Both the position numbers and the translations under genes were made by a program. Shown here one piece after another: positions 35,928-45,617 of a stretch of 64,000 bases of DNA (its first letter is position 1; every line of letters begins with the position of its first letter). This DNA comes from Candidatus Daviesbacteria bacterium GW2011_GWA1_41_61 (lineage in GTDB: Bacteria; Patescibacteriota; Microgenomatia; Daviesbacterales; UBA10151), in contig LCBT01000001.1 in the NCBI GenBank assembly GCA_000997385.1, forward strand, positions 49,707 through 113,706, given 5' to 3'. The notes under the pieces are model-generated. The model made no database searches, was not told the DNA's origin, and was given only the letters and a program-made list of their open reading frames with translations.

Positions 35928-37646
35928 TTATTCCGTAGGAACTGTGTTGTAATAGGGTAAAAGCTCTTTAGCTATTTCAAAGAAGGTGGGAGCAGCTGTT
36001 TCTGAACCATAGATGGAAGATGAGGGCTCCCTGAAAATCACCAGCATTACAAATTTAGGATTATCTGCTGGAGCAAAACCTATAAAAGAAGCGATAGTTT
36101 TTTCGGCATCGTAGTGTCCGGCTACCGGAATCTGGGCTGTTCCAGTTTTACCAGCAATTTGATATCCTTTAGGAACCATTCTTTTAGTCTCCCCGTTTTC
36201 TACTGCCTCCACCATCATCTCTTTAATTATCGTAGCAGTTTCTTCTGAAATTAGCTGTCTTAGAACCCGGGGTTTAATCAAAGTTACTTTATTATCTCCC
36301 TCGATGGATTTGGTGATGTGTGGTTCCATTAGCTTCCCGCCGTTAGCAATAGCTGCCACAGCCCGAACCATTTGGATGGGTGTCACCGCTATCCCCTGGC
36401 CAAAAGAGGCAGTCGCTAAATCTATCTCCCTCCATTCATCTTTTGGCCTAATATCAGGAGTTAATTCATCCAGCAGATCAATTTGGGTTAAAGATCCAAA
36501 ACCAAAATCCTGGATATATTGGTACATCTTATCTAAACCCAGTTTTCTACTGACAAAGACCATCCCAGTGTTATCCGAATGGATAATTACCTCAGCCATC
36601 GTGGAATCATCATAATATTTATTATTCCAAGTTCTGATAGTATAACCCCCAGTAGTAATCGGTCCAGAGCAAATATCACAACTGGTCTGGGGATCAATTA
36701 AACCCTCATTAATCCCAGCGGCCATAATTAAAACTTTAAAGGTTGATCCTGGCTCATAGCTTTCAGCCAGTACCGGATTTTTGTAAGTTTGGGTGGAAAA
36801 CTCAAAAAAACTGTTGGGATCAAAGTTAGGGTAAGAAGCCAAAGCTAAAATCTCACCGGTTTGAGGATTCATAACTACCGCTGAGGCTGATTTAGCCCCA
36901 TATTTTTCCATCCCAGCTCGAAGATCCCTCTCCACAATCCGCTGTACCCCCCGGTCCACAGTTAAAGTGACTGTATGCCCGTTTTTGGGTTCTTTTTTAT
37001 AATATTTACCGGATAAAATGGGTGCCCCCTGAGCATCCCTCTCCTCTGTTAAAACCCCGCCAATGCCTTTCAACTCCCGGTCATAAGATCCTTCAATACC
37101 AAAATAACCCTTTTGCCTGCCTAAAGAATCTGAACCGACAAAACCTAAAATATGAGCTGAAGAAGAACCTTCAGGATAAAAACGAACCACCTGATTTTCA
37201 AAACCAATCCCCGTTAAACCCAGATCCTCAATCTGCTTTTTTAAGGAAAAATCTATATTCCTTTCTAAAGCCACCCAGGATAAATCTTTGGATAATTTGT
37301 CCGCTATTTCAGCCTTTTTTATCTTTAGAGTTTCTTTAAGATCAATCTCAGCAGAGGGTGAGGCGTTACTTAGTAAAATCTTAGCCAGCTTAGCAGATAC
37401 TTCCTCTTTGTCTTTAATAATTTTAGGCAGTCCATAAAGGACGAAAGCTGGCCTGTTGGCGGCCAGTATGCCTCCGTCAGCAGAGAGAATTAAACCCCGG
37501 GGAGCTTCAATGGCAGAGGTAGCAGTATGTTGCTGCTCAGCCCGGGCGGCCAAATCATCAGCCTGTACTACCTGCCAGTAGAAAAGCCTAAAAGCTACCA
37601 TCGCCAAAGCCACAATATAAAAGGTTTTTAAAAGCCTCAGCCTCAT
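35928..37646 (-). CDS. ftsI: Class B penicillin-binding protein (FtsI/PBP3)
   Basis: RG.I, R.YP.G, EPGSTFK (SxxK), SDN, KTGTAQ. Confidence 0.93.
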   Translation of the reverse strand: MRLRLLKTFYIVALAMVAFRLFYWQVVQADDLAARAEQQHTATSAIEAPRGLILSADGGILAANRPAFVLYGLPKIIKDKEEVSAKLAKILLSNASPSAEIDLKETLKIKKAEIADKLSKDLSWVALERNIDFSLKKQIEDLGLTGIGFENQVVRFYPEGSSSAHILGFVGSDSLGRQKGYFGIEGSYDRELKGIGGVLTEERDAQGAPILSGKYYKKEPKNGHTVTLTVDRGVQRIVERDLRAGMEKYGAKSASAVVMNPQTGEILALASYPNFDPNSFFEFSTQTYKNPVLAESYEPGSTFKVLIMAAGINEGLIDPQTSCDICSGPITTGGYTIRTWNNKYYDDSTMAEVIIHSDNTGMVFVSRKLGLDKMYQYIQDFGFGSLTQIDLLDELTPDIRPKDEWREIDLATASFGQGIAVTPIQMVRAVAAIANGGKLMEPHITKSIEGDNKVTLIKPRVLRQLISEETATIIKEMMVEAVENGETKRMVPKGYQIAGKTGTAQIPVAGHYDAEKTIASFIGFAPADNPKFVMLVIFREPSSSIYGSETAAPTFFEIAKELLPYYNTVPTE

Positions 37647-37731
37647 GATTTTTTTCTTGCATCAAACCCTAATATTTAGGGGAGATTCCTTAACCTATAC
37701 TAAACTGAGAGCCCAATTTGTGCAAGAAAAT

Positions 37732-38052
37732 TTAATATGCTGAAGCTAAATTAAGAGGTTTAAGATATTGCCAGCTTTTGACAGCCGTAAAACCTAAAGA
37801 GACGGCCTTGGTTTCAATTGAGGCCAGAGAAGACTGCTGGGCGATCTGATTCTCCAAGACCTGATTTTCCAGATCTAAAGCCATTTTAGCACTTTTGATG
37901 TCTTGGATTTTATCCCCATAAGTTGAAAGTCTGTTGACAGCCCAAATTTCGAGAAACAAAACAGCTAAAAGTATCACTGCTCCTAAACGGATAAATTTAA
38001 CAACTCTTTTTCTGGGTCTTCTTTCCTCTTCTTGTTTTAAGTGTTTCATCAA
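37732..38052 (-). CDS. ftsL: FtsL-like protein
   Basis: Short cytoplasmic tail, TM and coiled coil; lies between mraZ and ftsI. Confidence 0.65.
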   Translation of the reverse strand: MMKHLKQEEERRPRKRVVKFIRLGAVILLAVLFLEIWAVNRLSTYGDKIQDIKSAKMALDLENQVLENQIAQQSSLASIETKAVSLGFTAVKSWQYLKPLNLASAY

Positions 38053-38060
38053 TTAATTTC

Positions 38061-38456
38061 TCAAATCATTAACTCGCTGATAAGCTTTTGCCACTTTAGG
38101 GGATCCCAAATCTCAAAATGGTCCCCGGCTCCGACAATCACTACTTCACCTTTAAGCTGAGCATAATCCAAAAGCAACTTAGAGATTATAAACCTTCCCT
38201 GATCATCTAAAACCACACTTTCAGCAGCTGAGAATAAGTACCTTCTTAAATTCCTTGCCTTCTCCTCAGTGGCTGTTATCTCAAGCTGCTTTTCAGCTTC
38301 ATTTTTCCATTTCTCAATAGAGAATCCCCAGATGCACCCCTCAAACCCTCGGCTCAAAATAAGCTCTTTCCCACCTGACAGCTCAAATCTGAACTTTTTG
38401 GGCAAGATAATCCGGCCTTGTCCTGTAAACTTGGTATGATACTCGCCCAAAAACAC
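38061..38456 (-). CDS. mraZ: Transcriptional regulator MraZ (GTG start at 38456)
   Basis: FLGEY, GRIILPKKFR, RGFEGC, DDQGR, GAGDHFEIW. Confidence 0.95.
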   Translation of the reverse strand: MFLGEYHTKFTGQGRIILPKKFRFELSGGKELILSRGFEGCIWGFSIEKWKNEAEKQLEITATEEKARNLRRYLFSAAESVVLDDQGRFIISKLLLDYAQLKGEVVIVGAGDHFEIWDPLKWQKLISELMI

Positions 38457-38557
38457 CGCTGGTGTCCTTTCTGGGCAGCCCTGTACCACTTACTAAGTTC
38501 GGGTACAGGTTAAAATATCTTGTTAAAAACATAGAGGGTGTATCGACTGGTACATCC

Positions 38558-38609
38558 CCATATTTCACCATCTCTAACCATAATGAACCATTAACCTACA
38601 CCCTGTCAA
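38558..38609 (-). promoter_or_regulatory. mraZ/dcw promoter with four phased ATGG repeats (MraZ-box-like)
   Basis: TTGACA at 38609-38604; CCAT on the + strand at 38558, 38568, 38578 and 38588 (exact 10-bp period). Confidence 0.8.
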
Positions 38610-38676
38610 GTCCCCTTTTCACCATCATAAAGATAAGATTTATGGGATAAAAATGGATAAAGAAAAAAGGGGTTAA

Positions 38677-39537
38677 CTACTTTAAAGGAGCCAGCACACT
38701 AAAAATACCGCCGCTTTCTGACTGGGCAAACAGACTGCTGCCTTCAATCTTGGTTTCATACTCCACCCATTGGTTGCCGGTTTCATCAAAACGGGCAATT
38801 TTAAGCTCTGAGGAGGGTGTTTGGACCAGCTCGATAGTTACCATACCCTCAGGCAGTGATTTGGATTGAGGTGTATTTAAAGCATAAACTTTCCCTAAAA
38901 CAGCCTTTCCTGAAGGCAATTTAGGAGCCCCGGTTAAATCATTAATAATGGTGAACTTTACCAAAGACAGTTGGACTGATTCAGTAGCTAGGTCATAAGC
39001 AAAATGGGCATCACCAGAAAAAAGTTTCCCTAACTGAAGATCAGGTTTCTGCAAATGCCACTGGGTAGTCATCCTAAAAGCCTTGTTGCCTTTTTTAATC
39101 CTCAAGATTAAGGTTCCGTTTTCCACTCCCTTATCATAAACACAGGTTCCCCCCGTAGAACAGGTGCCGAACAAGATCTCCTGTTCATATTCACTCCTGT
39201 TTTTAGGCAGTTTTATCCAGGTATCCAAAGATCCAGCCCCTCTGTCCACCCCTGTTTCATCAGCATAAGCTATCTGATAAGAGAACTCCTCAAAAGAAGC
39301 CACCCTTTTAATAACTAAATTTAAGGCATTTCCATCCCTTCTGGGAAAAAGCAAAGCATAAGGCCCCTCGGGATCAAAAGTTAAATCAACTTCTTCTAAA
39401 GGCAAACTAGTACTACCTCTCACAAAAAATTTCTGGTAAGAAAACAAACCTGCAACAACCACTAAAATTATAAAAATGATCAAAAGAAGAAGGGGTTTAT
39501 TTTGTATGACACTTTTAAGAAATTGTCCCATTAACAA
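38677..39537 (-). CDS. Hypothetical membrane-anchored exported protein
   Basis: N-terminal TM; FGTCSTGGTCVYD motif. Confidence 0.75.
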   Translation of the reverse strand: MLMGQFLKSVIQNKPLLLLIIFIILVVVAGLFSYQKFFVRGSTSLPLEEVDLTFDPEGPYALLFPRRDGNALNLVIKRVASFEEFSYQIAYADETGVDRGAGSLDTWIKLPKNRSEYEQEILFGTCSTGGTCVYDKGVENGTLILRIKKGNKAFRMTTQWHLQKPDLQLGKLFSGDAHFAYDLATESVQLSLVKFTIINDLTGAPKLPSGKAVLGKVYALNTPQSKSLPEGMVTIELVQTPSSELKIARFDETGNQWVEYETKIEGSSLFAQSESGGIFSVLAPLK

Positions 39538-39799
39538 CCAGCATCCTCCTGACCTCTTCAGTCTCAGACGGAAAATCTATAAAAGAAGAACAGGGAATAT
39601 AAGGCATAGATCCATAACCCTTCAACCAATCATTAATCCTACCAATGCGAACTGCACCCATGGCTCCTGGAAAATCTTCTTCACTTTGGACCAGACGTCT
39701 GAAAGTAGCATCATCAGTAACTTCGATAGAACCTCCGGGGAGGTCTTTTCTAAAAATACCTGTAATATCAGTCGGTCTGATGGTTATTGATTCGGTCAT
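39515..39799 (-). CDS. Hypothetical protein
   Basis: 94-aa co-oriented ORF overlapping both neighbours. Confidence 0.45.
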   Translation of the reverse strand: MTESITIRPTDITGIFRKDLPGGSIEVTDDATFRRLVQSEEDFPGAMGAVRIGRINDWLKGYGSMPYIPCSSFIDFPSETEEVRRMLVVNGTIS

Positions 39800-41102
39800 T
39801 AATAAAATTTCTTAGCTGATTAATTTCTGCTCTTTCCTGTTTAGCTGTATCCCTATCCCTAACGGTAACTGTTTCATCTTCCAAGGTCTGGAAATCAACA
39901 GTAATACAAAAAGGTGTGCCGATCTCATCTTGGGAGGCATACCTTTTACCAATATTACCCCGCTCATCCCACGCTACCATGAAATCCTTTTTCAGGTCAA
40001 GATGGATCTTTTTAGCTTTCTCCACTAGCTCTGGCTTATTAGCCAAAAGTGGAAAAACAGCAGCCTTATAGGGGGCAAGCTGAGGATGAAGTTTCAAAAT
40101 CACCCGACCTTTATTTTCAGAGTAAGCATCAATTAAGAAAAACAAAGCTGATCTATCTACTCCCATTGACGACTCAATATCCCAAGGAATATATTCTTCC
40201 CCAGTTTCCGGGTCTTTATATTTCATCTCTTTAGAGCTATATTGCTGATGTCGGCTCAAATCCCAGTCCCCTCTATGGTGCACCCCCATAAACTCTGCCC
40301 ATCCCCAAGGAGCTTGATATTCAATGTCTGTAGCAGCCCGGGCGTAATGAGCCCTTTCATCCGGAGCATGATCCTTAAACTTTAGTTTATCTTTACTGAT
40401 TCCTAGTTTTATATACCAATCCATCCAATATTTCTTCCAGTATTCAAAGGTTTTCAAGCTATCTTTTTCATCAGGTTTAACAAAATACTGCACTTCCATC
40501 TGTTCAAACTCTCTTGATCTAAAGGTAAAGTTTCCCGGGGTAATCTCATTGCGGAAAGCCTTACCGATCTGGGCAATACCAAAGGGAATCCTTATTCTGG
40601 TAGAGTCCACCACATTTTTAAAATTTACATGAACGCCTTGAGTAATCTCTCCCCGTAAAAATATTTCCTGTTGTTTTCCCTCAATCACCCCTAGGTAAGC
40701 CTTAACTAAGAGGTTAAACTTCTGAGGCTCTGTCCAATCACTTTTGCCGGGGTGGTGCTTTTTCTCATGGGCTTTAATTTCATCCTCGTGATCTGCCCGT
40801 AACCTTTCATGGTCAATACGGCATTCTACTAACGGATCAGTGAAGGCCTCCACATGACCAGAAGCCTCCCAAACCCTAGGATTCATCATAATAGCAGCAT
40901 CTATTCCGACAATATCTTCCCTAATCTGCACCATGCTTTTCCACCACATATTTTTAAGGTTACGCTTGAGCTCCACTCCCACCGGACCATAATCCCATAT
41001 TCCAGCCAAACCACCATAGATCTCCGAACCAGGGTAAATAAACCCGCGGCGTTTAGCCAAAGCCACTATTTTATCCATTAAGTTATTATTTTGATCTACC
41101 AT
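39768..41102 (-). CDS. glyQS: Glycyl-tRNA synthetase (alpha2 type)
   Basis: KRRGF..GSEIYGG, WDYGP.G, QIGKAFRNEITP, FRSREFEQME, IGKRY..QDEIGTP. Confidence 0.96.
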   Translation of the reverse strand: MVDQNNNLMDKIVALAKRRGFIYPGSEIYGGLAGIWDYGPVGVELKRNLKNMWWKSMVQIREDIVGIDAAIMMNPRVWEASGHVEAFTDPLVECRIDHERLRADHEDEIKAHEKKHHPGKSDWTEPQKFNLLVKAYLGVIEGKQQEIFLRGEITQGVHVNFKNVVDSTRIRIPFGIAQIGKAFRNEITPGNFTFRSREFEQMEVQYFVKPDEKDSLKTFEYWKKYWMDWYIKLGISKDKLKFKDHAPDERAHYARAATDIEYQAPWGWAEFMGVHHRGDWDLSRHQQYSSKEMKYKDPETGEEYIPWDIESSMGVDRSALFFLIDAYSENKGRVILKLHPQLAPYKAAVFPLLANKPELVEKAKKIHLDLKKDFMVAWDERGNIGKRYASQDEIGTPFCITVDFQTLEDETVTVRDRDTAKQERAEINQLRNFINDRINNHQTD

Positions 41103-41149
41103 ATTATTTCAGATTATATTTGATCTATCTTGATTTTGCACCCTACTTT

Positions 41150-41794
41150 TTAGCTTTTTGTTCTAAGCTTCTGAATTATCTTAACACTTCTTAAAGGAGA
41201 TTCTAAGACTTTTTCTAAATAAGATCTTAAAATTCTTTCCAGCTCCTCTGATTGAACTTGGGTTACCTCTATTTGGGCAATCTCCTCCCAACTCCCTTTC
41301 TGGAGTTTTTCCAGTATTTCCCTAACCCCCCTTACTTCCCCTACCTGATCTAAAGACCAAAAACCTAAAACTGTCAAAAGTTTGACCTCAAAAGCTCTGA
41401 TAAAAATCTGCCGGGGATTATTTTCCAAGAGATTTAAAACAATTACCAGTAAATTATAAGCTTGGGGATTAGGTTGCTCCTCGGGCAATAATCTATCAGC
41501 TAGTTCAGCTATATGAGAACTATAAGTAGAGATCATTAAATCATTTTTAATCTTAGAAAAAGTCTTAAGGGACTCTGCTTCTGTTAACAGATCCATTCCT
41601 TTCCCCTGAAAAACCTGAATTTTTACTTTATTTAAAAGCTCTACATTACCGCCACGTCTGGAGGTAATTCTTCTGACCCCTTTGGCCACCACCTTAATCT
41701 TTCCTTTAAAAGGGGTAACAATGGTTAAAATCCTATCCGCCTCCCCAAAGTTAGACCTTTTAACAATAATCCCTTCTGTAGTAAACACTGGCAT
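41150..41794 (-). CDS. recO: DNA repair protein RecO
   Basis: TEGIIVKRSNFGEADRILT..GKI...AKGVRR; start at MPVF. Confidence 0.92.
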   Translation of the reverse strand: MPVFTTEGIIVKRSNFGEADRILTIVTPFKGKIKVVAKGVRRITSRRGGNVELLNKVKIQVFQGKGMDLLTEAESLKTFSKIKNDLMISTYSSHIAELADRLLPEEQPNPQAYNLLVIVLNLLENNPRQIFIRAFEVKLLTVLGFWSLDQVGEVRGVREILEKLQKGSWEEIAQIEVTQVQSEELERILRSYLEKVLESPLRSVKIIQKLRTKS

Positions 41795-41842
41795 AGTAAA
41801 GGAATTATACACTTACTTAAGTCACTTAAGGTACTTAAAAAG

Positions 41843-43750
41843 TTAAAAAGTTAAATCGAGTTGCTTGTCTGAGGTCAAATCAAATTCTGCTTTTTTATTA
41901 CCATTAATTTTAACAATATACTTGTGGTTTTTGGCTCCCGGTTGTTTTTGGATAAGCAGGGGATAATTTTTCTCCGTCACTTTTACTGGAGACGTATACT
42001 CTAAAGATAAAGTCAGGGAGTTTTGGGGACGGACCACCACAAAGGCCTCAAAATAAATTTTATTCAGATCATTGTCTAAAGCTGTAGTAACCTTCTCAGC
42101 AGAACCTTTTGAATCAGTTAAAACGCTTCCTTTGGGAACAAAAATTCTGACATAATCCCTTAAAATCCCATTTAACCAAGTATTGTAAGGTTGAGGATTT
42201 TTATACTCAATAGTTATTTTATGTTTTGCTGAACCATCTTTAGTTGTAGTAATTTCTAAAGTCACTTTCTCATCAACATAAAGATTTGATTTACCTCCAG
42301 CGAAGTTGGAATCATTAAGGTGTAAGTAATCCCCCTCAGGATCTCTCTTAATCTCTCCTGTCCAATTAAGCTTGCTAAAAGACTGCTGGATCTTCCCATT
42401 ATGCATATAAGCCATCAGATGTTTATCATTGGCTAACTTAATAGTAGTATTGAGTAAAGTAGGCAACTGGTCTGGTCCTAAAGTTAAAAGTTTGGCCATC
42501 AGTTGCTGCATTAAAGCTCCCAAAATAGCTTTTCTATCAGATTCTCCCTTGGCAGTTATCTCAGCGTAATGTTCCAACTCGTAAATTACATTGGGGCAAT
42601 TACACCGCTTGTCCTTCTCAGCACTATACGTAGTCCCTAAAACATCAATCGGGCCGGTCACCGCAATCAGCTCTTCTACTACCTGAGTATCAATAGTAAA
42701 GATACCATCAAAGGAAATTCCATCTCCCAGCATCTCATACATCCTTTCAAATTGCTGGAGTGAGGTAGGCAGATCAGGTGATAAATTAGAATCTCTCATT
42801 GACCAAGCGCTTCGGGGCTTGCCATCTGCTTCAGGTAAATATTTAACGATTGGGGCAGGAGGAGAGAGAGGGCAAATTTTATTTAAACAAACCTTCAAAA
42901 GCCTCTCATCAAGGCGGTAAATATCATCAGAGGCAGTGGTAGATAACTTTCCATTGTCTAACCTTAAGAAAGCATAGGCAGTAATAAAACCCCCGGTAGC
43001 CCGAAGCTCCTTATCATTTTGAAATAAAAGCAGGTAGTTTTTAGCCCCTTTTTGTCCTAAAAGTTCTGGTAAAACTTCAATCAAACCCTTATTTTCAGAA
43101 ACCGCAATATCAGCTCCAACGATAAAATTTTTAGCCTCCTCTATTCTGCCTCTTAACTTCTTTGAACCAAAATTTTCCGGGTATTTACCGGTATCGACAC
43201 TTTCTATCTCTCTGCGGGCTTTTTTCAAAAATGGCTCAACTTTATCTAAACTTGGTAAAGTTTTATCCAGGATCTTGACTGCTTGAGCTACCCTGTCCTG
43301 CCCAGGTGTTCCTTGTCCGGTTAACCCGATCTCATTTTTATAAGGCTCTAAAGAATCAGTGAGGATCTTGACCGCTTCCAGTTCGTACTCGAAAGCCGTA
43401 ACAAAGTGTTTGGCGTCACTGTAAAAACCCCCAACAAAAGGCAAGGCCCTCATCCAAAAAAAGAAATTTAAAGCTCCATTTAAACTGCTTACTGATTTTT
43501 GGGTATCAACCACTCCCTGCCTTACTAAATCAAGATTTTCCTGCTTTGCTCCCAGTATTATCTGGCGGCTGCTTTGCATTACCTGCTTGGTGGACTGGTA
43601 GATACTTCGGGCAGGCAAATAAATCAAGACAAAAAGAATGATAAAAATAATGACAAGTCTGATAAGCCACCCTTTCCCCTTTCTCTCTGGGGAAGAGGAA
43701 TTTTTCTTTCCCACACCATCAATTTTTTTATTTAAATTAATAAAAGGCAT
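41843..43750 (-). CDS. DUF4012-like membrane-anchored protein
   Basis: YLLLFQNDKELRATGGF, RDSNLSPD, GGKSN, YVRIFVPKGS, QKQPG. Confidence 0.8.
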   Translation of the reverse strand: MPFINLNKKIDGVGKKNSSSPERKGKGWLIRLVIIFIILFVLIYLPARSIYQSTKQVMQSSRQIILGAKQENLDLVRQGVVDTQKSVSSLNGALNFFFWMRALPFVGGFYSDAKHFVTAFEYELEAVKILTDSLEPYKNEIGLTGQGTPGQDRVAQAVKILDKTLPSLDKVEPFLKKARREIESVDTGKYPENFGSKKLRGRIEEAKNFIVGADIAVSENKGLIEVLPELLGQKGAKNYLLLFQNDKELRATGGFITAYAFLRLDNGKLSTTASDDIYRLDERLLKVCLNKICPLSPPAPIVKYLPEADGKPRSAWSMRDSNLSPDLPTSLQQFERMYEMLGDGISFDGIFTIDTQVVEELIAVTGPIDVLGTTYSAEKDKRCNCPNVIYELEHYAEITAKGESDRKAILGALMQQLMAKLLTLGPDQLPTLLNTTIKLANDKHLMAYMHNGKIQQSFSKLNWTGEIKRDPEGDYLHLNDSNFAGGKSNLYVDEKVTLEITTTKDGSAKHKITIEYKNPQPYNTWLNGILRDYVRIFVPKGSVLTDSKGSAEKVTTALDNDLNKIYFEAFVVVRPQNSLTLSLEYTSPVKVTEKNYPLLIQKQPGAKNHKYIVKINGNKKAEFDLTSDKQLDLTF

Positions 43751-43754
43751 AAAT

Positions 43755-44525
43755 TTAGACAGCTCCTTTTCCCAGTAATACTGCCGGGATAGTATTTAAA
43801 ATAAGCCATAGATCATACAAAATTGACCTTCGCTGGACATATTTGGCATCCAATTCCACTCTTTTATCAAAGTTGATCTCTGATCTGCCTGAAACCTGCC
43901 ATAACCCGGTCAGTCCTGGTTTCGCTGACAAAATGATTTTCACAAACCTCTTTGTAGAAGGATACTTTTCCTGTTGTTCCTCAAGTTCAAAAGGGTTGTA
44001 AGCCCGAGGGCCAACTAAACTCATCTCCCCTTTTAAAACATTAAAAAATTGCGGCAGTTCATCAATAGAGGTCTTTCTGATAAACTTACCTGCCCTAGTA
44101 ATCCGCGGATCTTCATCTCTGTCTAATTTATAGCTGTTGTGTTGATATTTTTCCAAAAGCTCTTTAAACTGGGGATCCTTATGCAACAACTCATGGGCTC
44201 CCACAATCATCGACCTGAACTTATACATTTTAAACAACTTACCATCTTTCCCCACTCTCTTAGGGATGTCAGCCAGTATCGGACCTTTAGAATCCAGTTT
44301 AATCAGGAAAGCCATGATCAACATTAAAGGAGAAAGAATAATAATACCAACCAGCGATCCGACTATATCAATCAACCTTTTAAATGTTTCATAACTGAAA
44401 AGACCAACTGAAGGGGTTACTCCTGCCAAAACCTTACTATCTAAGACCAAGGTTTGATCTTGGCTACGCGGGGGAAAAGCTGGATCATTTTCGGAGGAAA
44501 GAACTTGTTCGTTTACTACAGTCAT
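43755..44525 (-). CDS. Polyprenyl-phosphate phosphoglycosyl transferase (bacterial sugar transferase)
   Basis: KRLIDI, YKFRSM, DPRIT, SIDELPQ, GEMSLVGPR, KPGLTGLWQVSGR. Confidence 0.95.
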   Translation of the reverse strand: MTVVNEQVLSSENDPAFPPRSQDQTLVLDSKVLAGVTPSVGLFSYETFKRLIDIVGSLVGIIILSPLMLIMAFLIKLDSKGPILADIPKRVGKDGKLFKMYKFRSMIVGAHELLHKDPQFKELLEKYQHNSYKLDRDEDPRITRAGKFIRKTSIDELPQFFNVLKGEMSLVGPRAYNPFELEEQQEKYPSTKRFVKIILSAKPGLTGLWQVSGRSEINFDKRVELDAKYVQRRSILYDLWLILNTIPAVLLGKGAV

Positions 44526-45583
44526 AAGTCGTTGATAACACTTTGAAATCTTTTAATGAAATTTGTCTTGGAAAAATAGGCAGCGTTATTAAAGCACATT
44601 TTCTGATTATAACCCCTTTTGTCCAGAGTCTCTAGCGCTTCAATTAAGCTTTCTACTGTCTGTTCACTAAAAAAATAGCCTGTTTCCCCCTCAATAACAG
44701 TTTCCAAGGATCCCCCTTGCCCATAAGCTATCACCGGTTTACCTAAAGCTTGAGCTTCTAAGGAAACCATCCCAAAATCTTCTTCCCCGGCTACCACTAA
44801 AGCTTTACATCCGGATAAAAGCAAAGTCAACAAATCTTCATCCACACTTCCTAAAAGCTCTACTGTTGGTCCTGCCATCAAAGCTAGATTATGATACTCC
44901 GGACCACTACCAACAATCTTCAAGGACACCTTTAACCTGTTGGCTGCCCCAACCACTAAGTCTACCCTTTTATATTTATTTAGTCTAGTAATCACCAACA
45001 AATATCCCCCATCAAATGTTTGGACACTAGCAAATCTTTCTAAATCCACAAAAGGATAAATTACTTTAGCTTCAGCTTGGTAAATCTTATAAATTCTCTG
45101 TTTAACATTTAGGGAATTGGCTAGCCAAAAATCAACCCTTTTGGATGCCAGGTGATCATAAAGTCTTAAAAAGCTGAGATAAGGAGAAAATATCCCCTCA
45201 ACCCTTTCTCCTGAGAAATTCCACAAAAATCTGGGAGGAGTAGGACAAAAACATACATGTTTTGTCCCGGGTTTGGTAATAATACACTTGGCAAAACGGG
45301 TGGAGTGGGAGATCACCAAATCAAACTTGGAAAAATCAAATTGTTCAAAAGCCAAGGGGTGAAGCGGTAATAAAGTCTTGTATAATTTTTTCCATCCCGG
45401 AATTTTTTGAATAAAAGAGGTGATAATTTTTTTAGAGTGAAAATTTTCTTTTAATAACTTATTATTATCATCATGGGCTAAAGTATAAATTGGAGCTTGG
45501 GGAAAGATCTCTGATAAAGTCACCAGTACCCTCTCAGCTCCCCCCCATTGCACCAGGTCATCATGAACAAGCGCTACCTTCAT
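44522..45583 (-). CDS. Glycosyltransferase family 4 (WbaZ-like)
   Basis: VHDDLVQWGGAERV, EEDFGMVSLEAQA. Confidence 0.9.
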   Translation of the reverse strand: MKVALVHDDLVQWGGAERVLVTLSEIFPQAPIYTLAHDDNNKLLKENFHSKKIITSFIQKIPGWKKLYKTLLPLHPLAFEQFDFSKFDLVISHSTRFAKCIITKPGTKHVCFCPTPPRFLWNFSGERVEGIFSPYLSFLRLYDHLASKRVDFWLANSLNVKQRIYKIYQAEAKVIYPFVDLERFASVQTFDGGYLLVITRLNKYKRVDLVVGAANRLKVSLKIVGSGPEYHNLALMAGPTVELLGSVDEDLLTLLLSGCKALVVAGEEDFGMVSLEAQALGKPVIAYGQGGSLETVIEGETGYFFSEQTVESLIEALETLDKRGYNQKMCFNNAAYFSKTNFIKRFQSVINDL

Positions 45584-45617
45584 TGTCCTAATTGTACCAA
45601 AAGTATAAAATACACCT

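Noticed and set aside
27724-38660. DnaA-box-like 9-mers near 27724 and 38640-38660 as oriC
   Set aside because: They are isolated and mismatched, with no dnaA or box cluster.
41811-41840. Short ACTTAA repeats with ~9-bp period upstream of recO
   Set aside because: Only about three degenerate units in AT-rich DNA; no support for a function.
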